The notes under the pieces were generated by a model, which saw only the letters and a list, made by a program, of their open reading frames with translations, had not been told where the DNA came from and ran no database searches. Shown piece after piece: positions 24,362 through 35,509 of a stretch of 64,000 nt of DNA (its first letter is position 1; each line of letters starts with the position of its first letter). A program made the translations under genes and the position numbers. This DNA comes from Podospora anserina (taxonomy: Eukaryota). Where the stretch lies: assembly GCA_017654855.1 (NCBI GenBank), contig CM030337.1, forward strand, positions 1,612,001 to 1,676,000. The letters run 5' to 3'.

Positions 24362-25750
24362 GGAACGTTTTATGGATATTGAACTAAGGATCATTTCAGC
24401 AGAGCAGGTTAGGCATGTTAGTTGGGGATTTTCAGGGGGGGTTATGTTGGAAGAGAGAAGGAAAGTAGGTTATGGGAGTTAGTTTGGTGGTTAGATGTTT
24501 TGATAAGTCAGAGTGGTTTTGAAGAAGAATGTCTTTTGTGTGATCTTGGGCGTTGTTGTAAGTTGGGATATTGGAACGAGAAACTAGGAATGATACGCAA
24601 GAGAACCTGAGATAATAGACAAGCAAAGCCGGGACAAAGTTGGGATCGTATGCAGGAAAACCTCGGGTTATGCTTGGATAAATTCTTTCCATGTGTTTGG
24701 ACTGTAAGGACAGACAGGCAAGTTCAGCTGTATCAAATAAGAGAGAGAGAGAAACCCTTTCCAAAGCGCCCTATCTATGTTTCCAGCACCCCCTCCGCCA
24801 ATGATTTGTAGATCATATGCTTTTACTTTTAAATATGCTGCTCCTTTCAATATTGGTGAGATAAGTGGTCATCTTTACTTGGTCAAAGACATGTGTTAAA
24901 AGAGACGGAATAGTGACAAACATCTCTGGGAACGTGATCGCCAGATGAGTAAATATATATAGCGCCGTCCGTTAAAGCGATCCGTGGAAAAAAAAACGAA
25001 GTAAAAAAACGGCAAAGCAGCAAAGAAAAGGGCCTGCAAGTAGGCCTAAGATTGCAAATCCAATATAAATAACCAGGGCGTCTTGAAAGGTCATCTCGTC
25101 AGCAAATCTGGTTGCTTCTACATTAATGTGAAGATAAGAGTGTTCATCAGTGCCTGCGTATCTCATACCTCATGCTTTAACACATTGTGTACAAGAAAAA
25201 AACAGATATCTTCATTTTTATACTTGGGTATTTTTTGGTCTATTGAACCATCCGTATCAGCGCCGGAGAAAATCACCTCCTACTCCTTCCCACTTCCCTG
25301 CTGGATTTCGTCGACAACACCCCAAGTCATACAGTAACTCCATCATTATCTTTCATTTCCGCTTACTCCCTCCCAGCCTCCTGCAAAACTCCCCATTCAT
25401 TGTAGTCGTACAGTACGCTTGGTACATGTTGTGTGGTGAAATATATATGTCGTGTGCTTTTTTTAGGGTTTTGCGCTTTTGGTGTTTTTGTGATTTGGTA
25501 TCCGACAGCGTAAGAAATATAATGTCCGGTTTGTGTTGTTTGATTCCCCCCAACTGTCCAGGTGCAGGTATCCATTCGAGCTCATGTCAAAAAGCCCTCC
25601 CATCACTCCAACTCCCGCCTTTCGCTTCCAAGCAAGACAAAGCCAGATTAAATAGATCATCAACTGGGCAAACAAAAACAATGTTGGCCCGACATCTCTG
25701 AGAAATGAAAAAAAAAGCCATGTTGATGTTTAGTGCCTCCATCCAGCCCT

Positions 25751-28273
25751 CTAGTCTGAGGATGGTGGCAAGAGAAGCGTGGAGCAAAAGAGAAGCTCAA
25801 ATGATCGGGGGTCCGTCGGCGAGAAGTTCGGTTGGTCTTGTTTGGCTTTTACTGTAGCAACTGTACGTCATGACATGTTAGTTTCCCATCCATTGAACCA
25901 GAGAGAGCAAAAAAGGTGCTTACAGTCCAAGTCAATGGCCTCAAAATAGGCCTGGATCAACGGGTTCGCATCATCAGTCACCAACTTCCCATCAGACTCC
26001 CGACGTGATGTGCGTGGAAGCGCTTTACGAATCCCTAGCAACATGTGCAACAGCTCGGCGATGACGGAGCCCTGCTGGGCGAAGCTGCCTGGGTCCTTCT
26101 CGAGCGGCCACTGGCCCCTTAGGTTCGGCTGTTCCCAAGCCCGGAAAGCCCAGATGGACTTTTCCACGCAATTGAGCAAGATCAAAACGGCAAAATACAT
26201 GTTGTAGTCAATCTTGACTTTGCTGTCTTGCAGCACACGCTGCATGCCAGTCAACAGCGCTTTGCTAGTGGCCGCTGCTTTTCTCTCTGTGGCCGCGGCA
26301 AGCTGAAGACAGATTGTATGGAACAATTCGCCATCTGTCTCTTCCTTGATGATCCTGGGCTGAAGCTCGTTCTCCCCGTTCTTGACGGTGATGGTCCACT
26401 GTCGCTCGCGATCCAGTATTTCAACCAGACCCCACAACTCAAGGGACTTCTTGAGAAGCTCATCATTGGTTCTTGTCGCAACGTCGACGGCAGTCTGCAA
26501 AGTAATGCGCATAAACTGTGATGGCTCGCGCCGAATCATTTCTGGCAAGACCTCGCGCATGTACGTCTCCACTCGAGCAGGAACGTCTTGGTTGTCGTTG
26601 TCAAGCATGGCGATGTGGTAGCTGGAGGGATGGTCTTCTGCTATGCTTGCATCAAGCAGCTTCCCCTCCGCATCCCTCTCAGGCTCGCTCTGTAGAACGA
26701 GCAGCTGAAGTCGAGACTCGTAGTCCGGGAAATGACAAGCTTCAATGAAGATTCCATGGTGTTGAAGAGCCACAGTATGCTTGATCCCATTTACCCGGGC
26801 CTGGGCGAGGACTATTTGTACTCCGGCAGAGTACAGGTCCAACTGTTCTGAGAACTTGGTGCGCACGCACCCATTGCGCCACACGCGAGGTGATAGCACT
26901 TTGCGACAGGTATCACAGGGCGAACCCTGAGAGCACGTCTTTCGCAGCACGCGGCAACGAATGCAGGCTCCAATCTTGCGGACTTCCTGGACCTCCTTTC
27001 TCCTGTCAGGGTTGAACCGAGCGCGAGAATGTCGCGACTTGGCACCATTGGCGGTGTCGAGGCGGAACCCTCCCTTCGCGTGGGGCGCAGGAGGTTGAGG
27101 CAACGGGCTGTTCGGAGGCATCTGAAAAGAAGCCGCCGCGTAGTTGCCATCTACCCAAGCCGGCGCATCGCTCGTTACCGGAATCATAGGAGCATTGGGT
27201 ATGGTAGTGACTGGAATTCCAGAACTCTGGATCAGGGACTCGGGAAGCGCAGGCGGTGTGGGCGTCGGCGGTGGTTGGTCCTCCAGCCCAGACTGCTCAG
27301 GGGTCGAGATATTGCTGTTCTCGGCTACGGCAGCAGCTACGGCAGCAGCAGCAGCCGCGGCCACAGCGGCTGTATTCGCTTGACTCGCAGCCTCTGTCAC
27401 GGCCGCAACAGTCGCCTCATCGGCTAGAAGCTCGGGATCCAGGAATGCTGGGTGCAGGCGAGCAGTCGCAGCAGCAGCCATTGAAATGTTGGCAGAATCG
27501 GTATTGGCTTCATTTTCTGCGCGTAGTATTTCTTGGAGTCGCTCGTCGGTAATGAGGCCTCTGTCGCCGGCGTTCGGCGACGGCGGCTCAACTGAGAATG
27601 GCGGTCAGCAAAGCATCTCCCCAACATTTTGTTGCAAAACCCACCCTTCGGGTCTTTCTGCGCGCCAATGTCCTGATTCAACGGCGGATTGTCAAAATTG
27701 AATTGATCTTGCATATCAAAGCGTTCTCCAGGCTGTGCAGTCCCCAAATGGGTATTTGGGATTGCGCCCGTCATCTGGCCGCGATCGTCATTCTTCTCAT
27801 TCAAGTCGATTTGTCTCGAGACCTCAGCCAGCACTCCAAGAGCAGTCCAGTCGCGCGACGTCATAGGAAGGTCGACCGAAGAGCCATCGGAGACCTGGGG
27901 GTGAGCATGAGCCTGCTGGCTCTGCTGGAATGTCTTGGATGCATGGCCCATCCCCGAGAGGGTGAGCAACGCGCTGACTCGATCGGCTTCGCTGATGGCA
28001 GGGCATTTCTTGGTGAGATGGCTCGTCAGGCTGTCAAGGCGACCGCGAGGGAAGTGTTCACCACATCTGCATTGATTCCACGAGAGAGAGTTAGCAATTG
28101 AACATTGGACGGCGAGGTCAGTGTGTCGCAATATAAAGGCGGTCGGGTCTGGCGGTGGCCGGTAGGCGGTGGGCTTACGATTTGCAGGTATGAGGGTAGC
28201 GATTGCTCTGGTCCTGCAACTTGGGTCCTCTTTCGAAGTATTGCAGAATCAGGGCATTAGGCCGTCTGCCCAT
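25751..28273 (-). CDS. Zn(II)2Cys6-type transcription factor with an N-terminal C2HC/BED-like zinc finger; 4 exons
   Basis: MGRRPNALILQYFERGPKLQDQSNRYPHTCKS|CGEHFPRGRLDSLTSHLTKKCP (intron 28178-28067). RKIGACIRCRVLRKTCSQGSPCDTC...C cluster. Last exon ends ...FCSTLLLPPSSD* at 25751. Confidence 0.85.
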
Positions 28274-29481
28274 TGTCGCGATCAAACGGCCGGCCGGGCG
28301 GTCTGTGGGGCGAAAGCTATATACGTGCGGTGACGGTTTACAGCGAGAGTCGGAGAGGGGTCTTTTGGTGATGTGAAAATACTGCCGGTTTAAAAAAGTT
28401 GGCGGTCAGAAGGTTTGGTCGTCCAGTCCTTGCCGTGTTGGGATGGGTGCTCAGCCCAGCCAGCCCAGTGGGTCTAGTGGGTCACGTGGCTGGCCCGACT
28501 GCCGGGTTCACCAGCCACACTCACTACGGTAATACAGCACGGATTGAAATGCTCCGGTAATACGAAGAAAAGTAGCACACCAAGACCAGATTATCCGTCT
28601 GGGACTTCTAGGAAGTATCAATTCCCAAGATGCCAAGTAAATATCCAAGAAAGTCTGTCATCACGAGCCTACCCCTCTAGGCATGAGGTCAACACACACC
28701 TGTTAATGAACTGCGGCATCCACACGGGTAAATATCGCTGTATGGTGTGTAACGAATTACCTGCATGCCGGTCATCAAAAAAGAATTCCCCTACCCCGGT
28801 TGGCATCCCGCCCGTCGGGTTCTTGGCAGGCGTCAGTTAACGATGACATGAAGCCTAGTTGCTGGGGTCCCATTGTGTGCTGGACTGTGCTGTGCTGCGC
28901 TGTTCTGGCATATGAAGCATGCGGACGCCTCGGGGCACACACGCAGGCGGCATCCTCAAAACCCCGATTGCTCAGCCTCCTCCTCCCATGGATCACCGTC
29001 CACATCCACAGCTATCTATTTGTGTTCCGTTCCTGAGAAGCCGACCGTCTCACCTTCCGGGCCCTCAGTGACCTCACCATGTGTGAACACCCCCTTTATA
29101 ACAAGGGCACGCTAGAAAGGATAAGCTTTAATTAGCTAACTGAGCTCCATCTCCCACAACACCATCCCAGTATTGCAACCAGCCAAACCGGATCCAGAAC
29201 ATTTTCAGTGCCCTTCTCGAACAAATCTCGCCTCTTGCAACTACATTCCCTCAAGTCTCAGCACCAGTGTCGTCCTGCCAACTCAGCACATTGGCTCACT
29301 TGGCTCATGATCGGACCAATGTTCTCATGAAAATACTGTGTACCCGAAGACCAACACAATCTTTACCGAACCTTCCGTCTGTTTGATACGGCAACTTTCG
29401 CTACCTTGGGCCGATGATCTACGTCACATATTTCCTACCGATTTGACGCGCAGTCATAGTCACGGGCAAAACAAAACAACG

Positions 29482-32400
29482 ATGCTTCTCCTCCACCAAT
29501 CCGGCAGCGTCAAGATTGGCGAGGTGGTGCGCTACACAGTCACTTACACCCCCTCGGCAGATCGCATCCTCCCATCGCCAGAGTTCCTGTACTTGCGCAT
29601 CAAGAATACTTGTGCCATTGCTCTTCGCGCAGCCTTCGTTCACGGTCCTTACACACTCTCGGTTGCCGCCTACCCATCCCATTTCGATCCGAACGAGAAG
29701 TTTGAAGAGCCTCGTCGCTATGGCGTCCCCGAGTTCGAACCAATGCTCAAGGCCGGCGCGGCCTGGAACTGCCACTTGGTAGTGCCCGACAATATCAGAC
29801 AGTCTGCCGGTGAAGGATGCAGTCAACATGGATACCTTGGGAAAGGTCCAGAGTACGACGGGGAGAGTGTATCTTGGATCATCGAGGTTGCGTCGCAAGT
29901 GGTTTTTTCGACTTCGGCGGCTGTGCACTACGAAGTTCTGTTGGCACGAGACGAGAAATCGTTGAACCTGGGCTCTGTTGTACCTGTAATAGGAGGTCAG
30001 TCACAAGCACCACAGCCAGGGCGGGTCAGCGACTTCCAACAGAGTGCGGGTGCTATCAAGGACCATCCGGCGCAACAAAAAGGTGTTTTCTCCAGGGCAG
30101 TCCACCTGAAAGTTGAGGATACAGCAAGTTTGTGGAACACGCCCCAGCTTCCAGGATGGGACGACATAGGTTGGCTACGGGCAAGGAGCGAAGGAGGAGC
30201 TGATGCCCCAGTAGAGCCTGTGATGGCCAGTGGCAAGCCCGAAGACAGGCGCCCCAGACGGTCATTCAAACAGAGAAAGGTCCATCTCGTGATTCTCACA
30301 CACGGCCTGCACAGCAATCTGGGCGCCGATATGTTGTTTTTGAAGGAAAGCATAGATGCTGGAGTCAAAAAGGCCAAAGCGGATGCCAAAGCCCGAAAAG
30401 CCCGAGAGCGGGCAGCCAAGAAGAAAGAAGCAACGCCTGCCGGGGCAGACACTGAAGGAAAAGCTAATACCGAAATCCCCGAGTCAGTGGGCGAGGAAAA
30501 TAAGGATGAAGATGAGGAGGACGAGGACGACGAGGAAGTCGTAGTACGCGGATATTCTGGGAATGCAACAAGGACAGAAAGAGGTATCAAATACTTGGGC
30601 AAACGGTTGGCAAGACATATTTTGTCCATGACTTATCCAGACCAGCCCTGTCTCCCAACCGCGAAAGCAGCTTCGGAAGCAATCGCTGCCACACTCAAGG
30701 CAAGCTCTCAGAAAAAGAATGGCGGCGAAGAGGCCCACAAACACAGTACAATCCACCATGCTCCATCTCCGAGCAATCGACTCTACAAGTTCACCAAGAT
30801 CAGTTTTATCGGCCATTCACTTGGTGGTCTTGTACAAACCTACGCTGTTGCTTATATTCAGAAACATTCACCGCAGTTCTTTGACCTGATCGAACCTATC
30901 AATTTTATCGCCATGGCCACACCCTTCCTCGGGCTGAATCACGAGAATCCCCTGTACGTCAAATTCGCTTTGGATTTTGGTCTTGTTGGAAGGACAGGCC
31001 AAGACTTGGGTCTCACTTGGAGAGCTCCAACGATTGCGAGAAATGGTTGGGGTGCACTCGTGGGCAATCTTGGGGAACAAGCACACAAACGGGTGTATGG
31101 CGAACATCAGCCGGAGTCCAAACCTCTGCTCCGTATCCTGCCCACCGGACCAGCACACAAAGCATTGAAAAAATTCCGAAACCGAACCGTCTACTCAAAC
31201 GTGGTAAATGACGGAATTGTACCGCTTAGAACTAGCTGCCTCTTGTTTCTCGATTGGCAGGGCCTGGGACGGGTGGAAAAGGCACGAAGAGAAGTCGGCT
31301 TGGTCGAAGCTGTTGTACAAGCCGGGTGGGCAGAATTAACAGGCGCAAATGTCACCACTCCACGACTTGCACCATGGTCACCAGAAAACAACGAAAAAGA
31401 AGAGGCCAACGAGACGGGCAAAACCACACCTACAGACACAGAGGAGCTTCTTGAAGTGCCTCAGCCACCGACTAATGCCATGTTGGAGGATGATCGACAG
31501 AGTCTGAGATCTGCTGTCGTCAGCCCTTTTCAAGAACAACCGGCTTCTGCAGACTTGCAACAGCTGTCAAATTCGACGACAAACACTTCCAACCCCTTAT
31601 CTGGCCTGTTCAACTTCTTCCGGACCGAAAGCCCCAAGCCCCAACCGCCCCCCTCCCCGAAGATAAATAAGATTTATCAACGAAGTCAGACTCTCAAGGT
31701 TGAGAGCGGCTCTACCTCTCTGTCGGTTACCTCTTCGTCCACGTCTAAAGTGACAAGTGGGACTGAGCTTGGAGATGATGCGGAGGGCCTGACAGCACCA
31801 CCAAGAACATCAATTTTTGAGTCGGCCGGTGACTTGCTTAACCCAAAATTACCAACCGTTGAGTATCTCATCGATCCATCAAAGCGGCACCGAACCATCT
31901 TCCATGACAGAATCTACCACCCATCCGATATCCCTCCACCGCCAGTCAAGGACCGGACGTCGACTCTCCAGATCCGCCGTCGCTCTCTCTCTCGGTCCAG
32001 TAGGACGGCCCTGAGCGAGAGCAACTCCCCTCTCGGATCTCCAGGCATTCAGCACAAGGACACTGGCCTTTCTCAGCAGTCGGAACAGTCCACCAAATCG
32101 ATGCCAGTAGACTATGAATCTACCGTCAACTCTGCACCCAGCTCGTCCCACGACGAACCAGAAGTGGTCGACTCCTCACAGATGCGAGTTGAAGAAAAGA
32201 TTGCGCGCGCCTACCATCGCGGTCTGTCCTGGCGAAAGGTTTTGGTGAAACTAGAACCTGACGCGCACAACAACATTGTGGTTCGCCGCATGTTCGCCAA
32301 CGCTTTCGGCTGGCCGGTCATCCACCATCTCGTACAGTCTCACTTTAGTGACGAAGCTATGGCAAGAGTAAGGGACGAGGACGAGCCAGGTGTGGAAAGA

Positions 32401-33240
32401 GCCAAAGGGCTAGACCAAAGCGCGGATGAAACAGGCCGGGAAACGAAGGAAACGATTCGTGGTGGTGACCATCGGGGTAGAAACGTCACGGTGCGCGAAG
32501 GGGATTCATCTCACGATGACGACATCATCAACGCGGAACGGTACGATGTCGTTCCTGAACTTGCGCCGAGTCCGAGGTCGCCAAGGTCGTTGAGTAGACA
32601 GGGGAGCACCAATGCTTTGGGTGTCTTTTCCAGCACGAACCCGACAACCCCAACAACGGCGACGCGACCCCCGATCGATCGATACGACTCCATGTCCTGG
32701 AGCGATAGAGACTGGGCAGACAGCGCAGACGAAAGTGATGAGAATGGTGGGGGGGCGAGCTACTGGAGCAGGATGGCTGCTGGGGCAAATGTGAAGAAAC
32801 CCCAGCCTAGCCCTTCTCACACTCACCCTTTCCCATCCTCCTCTGCTGCCACGACCCCTACCCCGGCGGATCCAAACCCGGGTGGTGGTGGTAATGCTGA
32901 CAAGAAAGGGAGAACAGTTGCTGTTGCTGCAGGAGGGAGTGTAGAACAGCCGGGACCGTTGACGCCGACGGGGTTTATGATGAGGAGTGTAAGTCCGTTG
33001 AGCTGGAATTGGACCGAGAAGATTGTGGGGAGGGGGAAGACGGGGAAGAGGACGAGTAGGAGTTTAAGTCCCGGACGGGGGAATAGTGTGTTGACGACGC
33101 CGACGGCTAGTACGCCGGGACTGGGGTTGTTGAGTAGACCTAGTTTGGCGTTGAGTCAGGAGGGGTATTTCCCTGGGCAGGATAGAGGGATGGTGGGGGA
33201 GGGGGAGGGGGAGAAGGGGGGGAAGGATAAGGATGTTTGA
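29482..33240 (+). CDS. DUF676 putative lipase/serine esterase (Rog1/Lpl1-like)
   Basis: HLVILTHGLHSN, ISFIGHSLGG (GxSxG nucleophile), ATPFLG and RTVYSNVVNDGIVPLRTS. Likely ATG at 29482 (MLLLHQSGSVKIGEVVRY). Confidence 0.88.
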   Translation: MLLLHQSGSVKIGEVVRYTVTYTPSADRILPSPEFLYLRIKNTCAIALRAAFVHGPYTLSVAAYPSHFDPNEKFEEPRRYGVPEFEPMLKAGAAWNCHLVVPDNIRQSAGEGCSQHGYLGKGPEYDGESVSWIIEVASQVVFSTSAAVHYEVLLARDEKSLNLGSVVPVIGGQSQAPQPGRVSDFQQSAGAIKDHPAQQKGVFSRAVHLKVEDTASLWNTPQLPGWDDIGWLRARSEGGADAPVEPVMASGKPEDRRPRRSFKQRKVHLVILTHGLHSNLGADMLFLKESIDAGVKKAKADAKARKARERAAKKKEATPAGADTEGKANTEIPESVGEENKDEDEEDEDDEEVVVRGYSGNATRTERGIKYLGKRLARHILSMTYPDQPCLPTAKAASEAIAATLKASSQKKNGGEEAHKHSTIHHAPSPSNRLYKFTKISFIGHSLGGLVQTYAVAYIQKHSPQFFDLIEPINFIAMATPFLGLNHENPLYVKFALDFGLVGRTGQDLGLTWRAPTIARNGWGALVGNLGEQAHKRVYGEHQPESKPLLRILPTGPAHKALKKFRNRTVYSNVVNDGIVPLRTSCLLFLDWQGLGRVEKARREVGLVEAVVQAGWAELTGANVTTPRLAPWSPENNEKEEANETGKTTPTDTEELLEVPQPPTNAMLEDDRQSLRSAVVSPFQEQPASADLQQLSNSTTNTSNPLSGLFNFFRTESPKPQPPPSPKINKIYQRSQTLKVESGSTSLSVTSSSTSKVTSGTELGDDAEGLTAPPRTSIFESAGDLLNPKLPTVEYLIDPSKRHRTIFHDRIYHPSDIPPPPVKDRTSTLQIRRRSLSRSSRTALSESNSPLGSPGIQHKDTGLSQQSEQSTKSMPVDYESTVNSAPSSSHDEPEVVDSSQMRVEEKIARAYHRGLSWRKVLVKLEPDAHNNIVVRRMFANAFGWPVIHHLVQSHFSDEAMARVRDEDEPGVERAKGLDQSADETGRETKETIRGGDHRGRNVTVREGDSSHDDDIINAERYDVVPELAPSPRSPRSLSRQGSTNALGVFSSTNPTTPTTATRPPIDRYDSMSWSDRDWADSADESDENGGGASYWSRMAAGANVKKPQPSPSHTHPFPSSSAATTPTPADPNPGGGGNADKKGRTVAVAAGGSVEQPGPLTPTGFMMRSVSPLSWNWTEKIVGRGKTGKRTSRSLSPGRGNSVLTTPTASTPGLGLLSRPSLALSQEGYFPGQDRGMVGEGEGEKGGKDKDV

Positions 33241-33655
33241 GGAAGCCCGTAGGAGAGAGGTGGGTTGTATGGCTTGGCAGAGCAGAGCGGTTGTTTGGGA
33301 GCCCGGGAGAAGTAGTTTTGGTTTAATAGGCATTATTCTTGAGGCATTGAATAGCATAGGGGATGCCTGAACAGATGTTTTTGCTACATACTTGTGGTGA
33401 CTTGAGTTCTTGTTGGATTTTGAATGTTCTACGGTTCGGCTTTGGAGTCTTCATCCTTGGCTTTTTACTGGCCTGATTCCAACAACGCATTTCTCAGGTC
33501 TGTTGATTCGAGTGATTAGTCACCCGGTCATAAAGCAGCTTCTTTGTTCACCAATCTGGTAGTTGCCGCCCAGGTGTTCGCTTCAGGATTTGAAGAGCCT
33601 TTCTCCCTACACAAATGCAAAGATCACCTGATCAACTCACCAAATCACCATAATA

Positions 33656-33740
33656 GGGCGTGTGGCTCAGTTGGTAGAGCGTTCGCTTAGCATACTCACC
33701 TGTATGCGAAAGGTCCTGGGTTCGATTCCCAGCTCGTCCA
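33656..33740 (+). tRNA. tRNA-Ala(AGC) with a 12-nt intron (33693-33704)
   Basis: Full cloverleaf: GGGCGTG/CTCGTCC acceptor with G3:U70, D arm GCTC/GAGC, anticodon arm TTCGC-TTAGCA[intron]T-GCGAA, T arm CTGGG-TTCGATT-CCCAG. A TTTT run follows. Confidence 0.96.
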
Positions 33741-34307
33741 CATCCTTTTGCTGCTTCCCCCCTCTCTTTCACTTGAGGGGGTGGGGCAGGACTTCTTTTT
33801 GGCTGATCTGGCAAACCTGGACTTGGGACATGGTGATCATTGCTTGTTTCCTGTTCTTGGGGAGATTTGGTTGTGTGAAACAGTCATCATCATCATCAAC
33901 CGGGAGTCCGAATAAGAACCGAGTCGTCCGGTTCGGCGACTTTTTGGGTTGGTTGGTCTTTGCGGGAAGCTGGGATGGCCAGTGTTGGGAGCCGGTCACG
34001 CAATCCCGAGTGCGGTAGCGAGGTGGTGGGGTTTTTTTGATGTTTTTGTTAGTTTGAGGTTCCAGAGACTGGGAGATGAACGAGGTGTGGGGTTTTTGGG
34101 TTCTGGTTCCTGAGGCTAGTAGGTGGTTGAGGTGACTGTCAAGATGTCAAGCCGGACAGAGGTGAAAAAAACGGGCTGACGGGTAAGACCCCGGGTAGGC
34201 GGGAAGGGCAAGGGGAAGGGGTGGGGGGTTGTAACCAGGTTTCTCATGTGCTGTGTGTGATTCTGTGATTGATGGGACCTCGTCTGACACCTTGCCTAGC
34301 CTTAATT

Positions 34308-34344
34308 TATGTATGTAGGTATGTATGTATGTATGTATGTATGA
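34308..34344. repeat. (TATG)n microsatellite
   Basis: tatgtatgtaggtatgtatgtatgtatgtatgtatg. Confidence 0.9.
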
Positions 34345-35509
34345 AGAGCTGTCGTGGAGGTTCTTCCAGGTTGGGACGGCTGCAGCCGAGTTGACCGCTA
34401 CTTGCATACCTCTTCTCACCACCCATCGACAGTCAGGGTGCGCCTGGCACTGTGTCGATTGTTTGAAGGTGGGATGAGGGAATGTGTTGTCGACTGCATG
34501 ACTGAACAGCACCGCCTTGTTGTTGTTTAGCCACGATGGCAGGATATACCCCGGGGAGGTCCCCATGGTATGGACCATTCAAGAAACTCCCAGATGTGCT
34601 GGCTAGTTGACAATTACTGTTTTTCGCTTCAGGTTTCTGTTCTTGAAAGTGTCGACAAGAGAGCCATTCGAGAGTGCGGGGTCCACCGGGCGCTGGCACG
34701 AAGTTCGGGGTCCTCTCACAGAAAAGAGGATGGGCCCGATTTACGAACGTGGGGAGAGCAGCGTCATCCAATGACAATTACTCCGGGTACGGCGAGCTTC
34801 GAGCACCTGCATCCACCTTGGAAGGTCATCGATCCGCGCACTGTGTGCTAAAGCGCCGGTGCACTCCCGCTCCCGGTCCCAGTGGTGGCCTTCCGTCTGG
34901 CTTTCTGCTTCCCTCTTCCCACCTCCCACCCAGGCTTCGGGTGGTGCTTTCATCACGCCTTTTTCCTTTTTTTTTCTGGGTTTTTGTCTCCAGTTTTTTC
35001 CTGTTTCTCCTATCATTGATTCAGTCACCGTTCTCCTCGGTCTAGGAAGTTCGAGAAACGTACCTCACACGGTGCGCTGTTGTTGTATAAGCTGGAACCA
35101 CGAAGGGCCCAGGCTCCCTTTGCCCCTCGGAAGGACTGAGTTTATATCTGAAAGATTGATTCACCACGAGTATGCCATCCCGACTTTCCCTCTCTCTTTC
35201 TCTTCCCCTTTCTATTGTCTTGCAATTGTTCTGCCCGGCCTGAGCTGTACTTATCCCTGAGATACCCATGTTCAGCCTTTGTTCTCCTCCTGCCCGCTCT
35301 TGTACCCCCTCCATTATTTTCATTACCACTGTTTACGGTTCTATACGAACTCAATTACTTCTAATACTTCTGTCACTGCTCCAACAAGCTCGAATCTCGA
35401 AGCTAACCAGACCGGGCTCTTCCGTTCCTCCGATAGCTCTGGACATCCATCCCCATCGCCTTATCAACAGACAGACACTTAGGTTGCTCTCTTCCTCAAT
35501 ACCGCTACC

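Noticed and set aside
29338-29481. GTG-initiated N-terminal extension of the DUF676 ORF
   Set aside because: The ORF-track start is non-AUG; ATG 29482 has good context and begins the protein-like sequence.
33662-34018. 118-aa ORF MAQLVERSL...
   Set aside because: It is a translation of the tRNA-Ala gene and its trailer.
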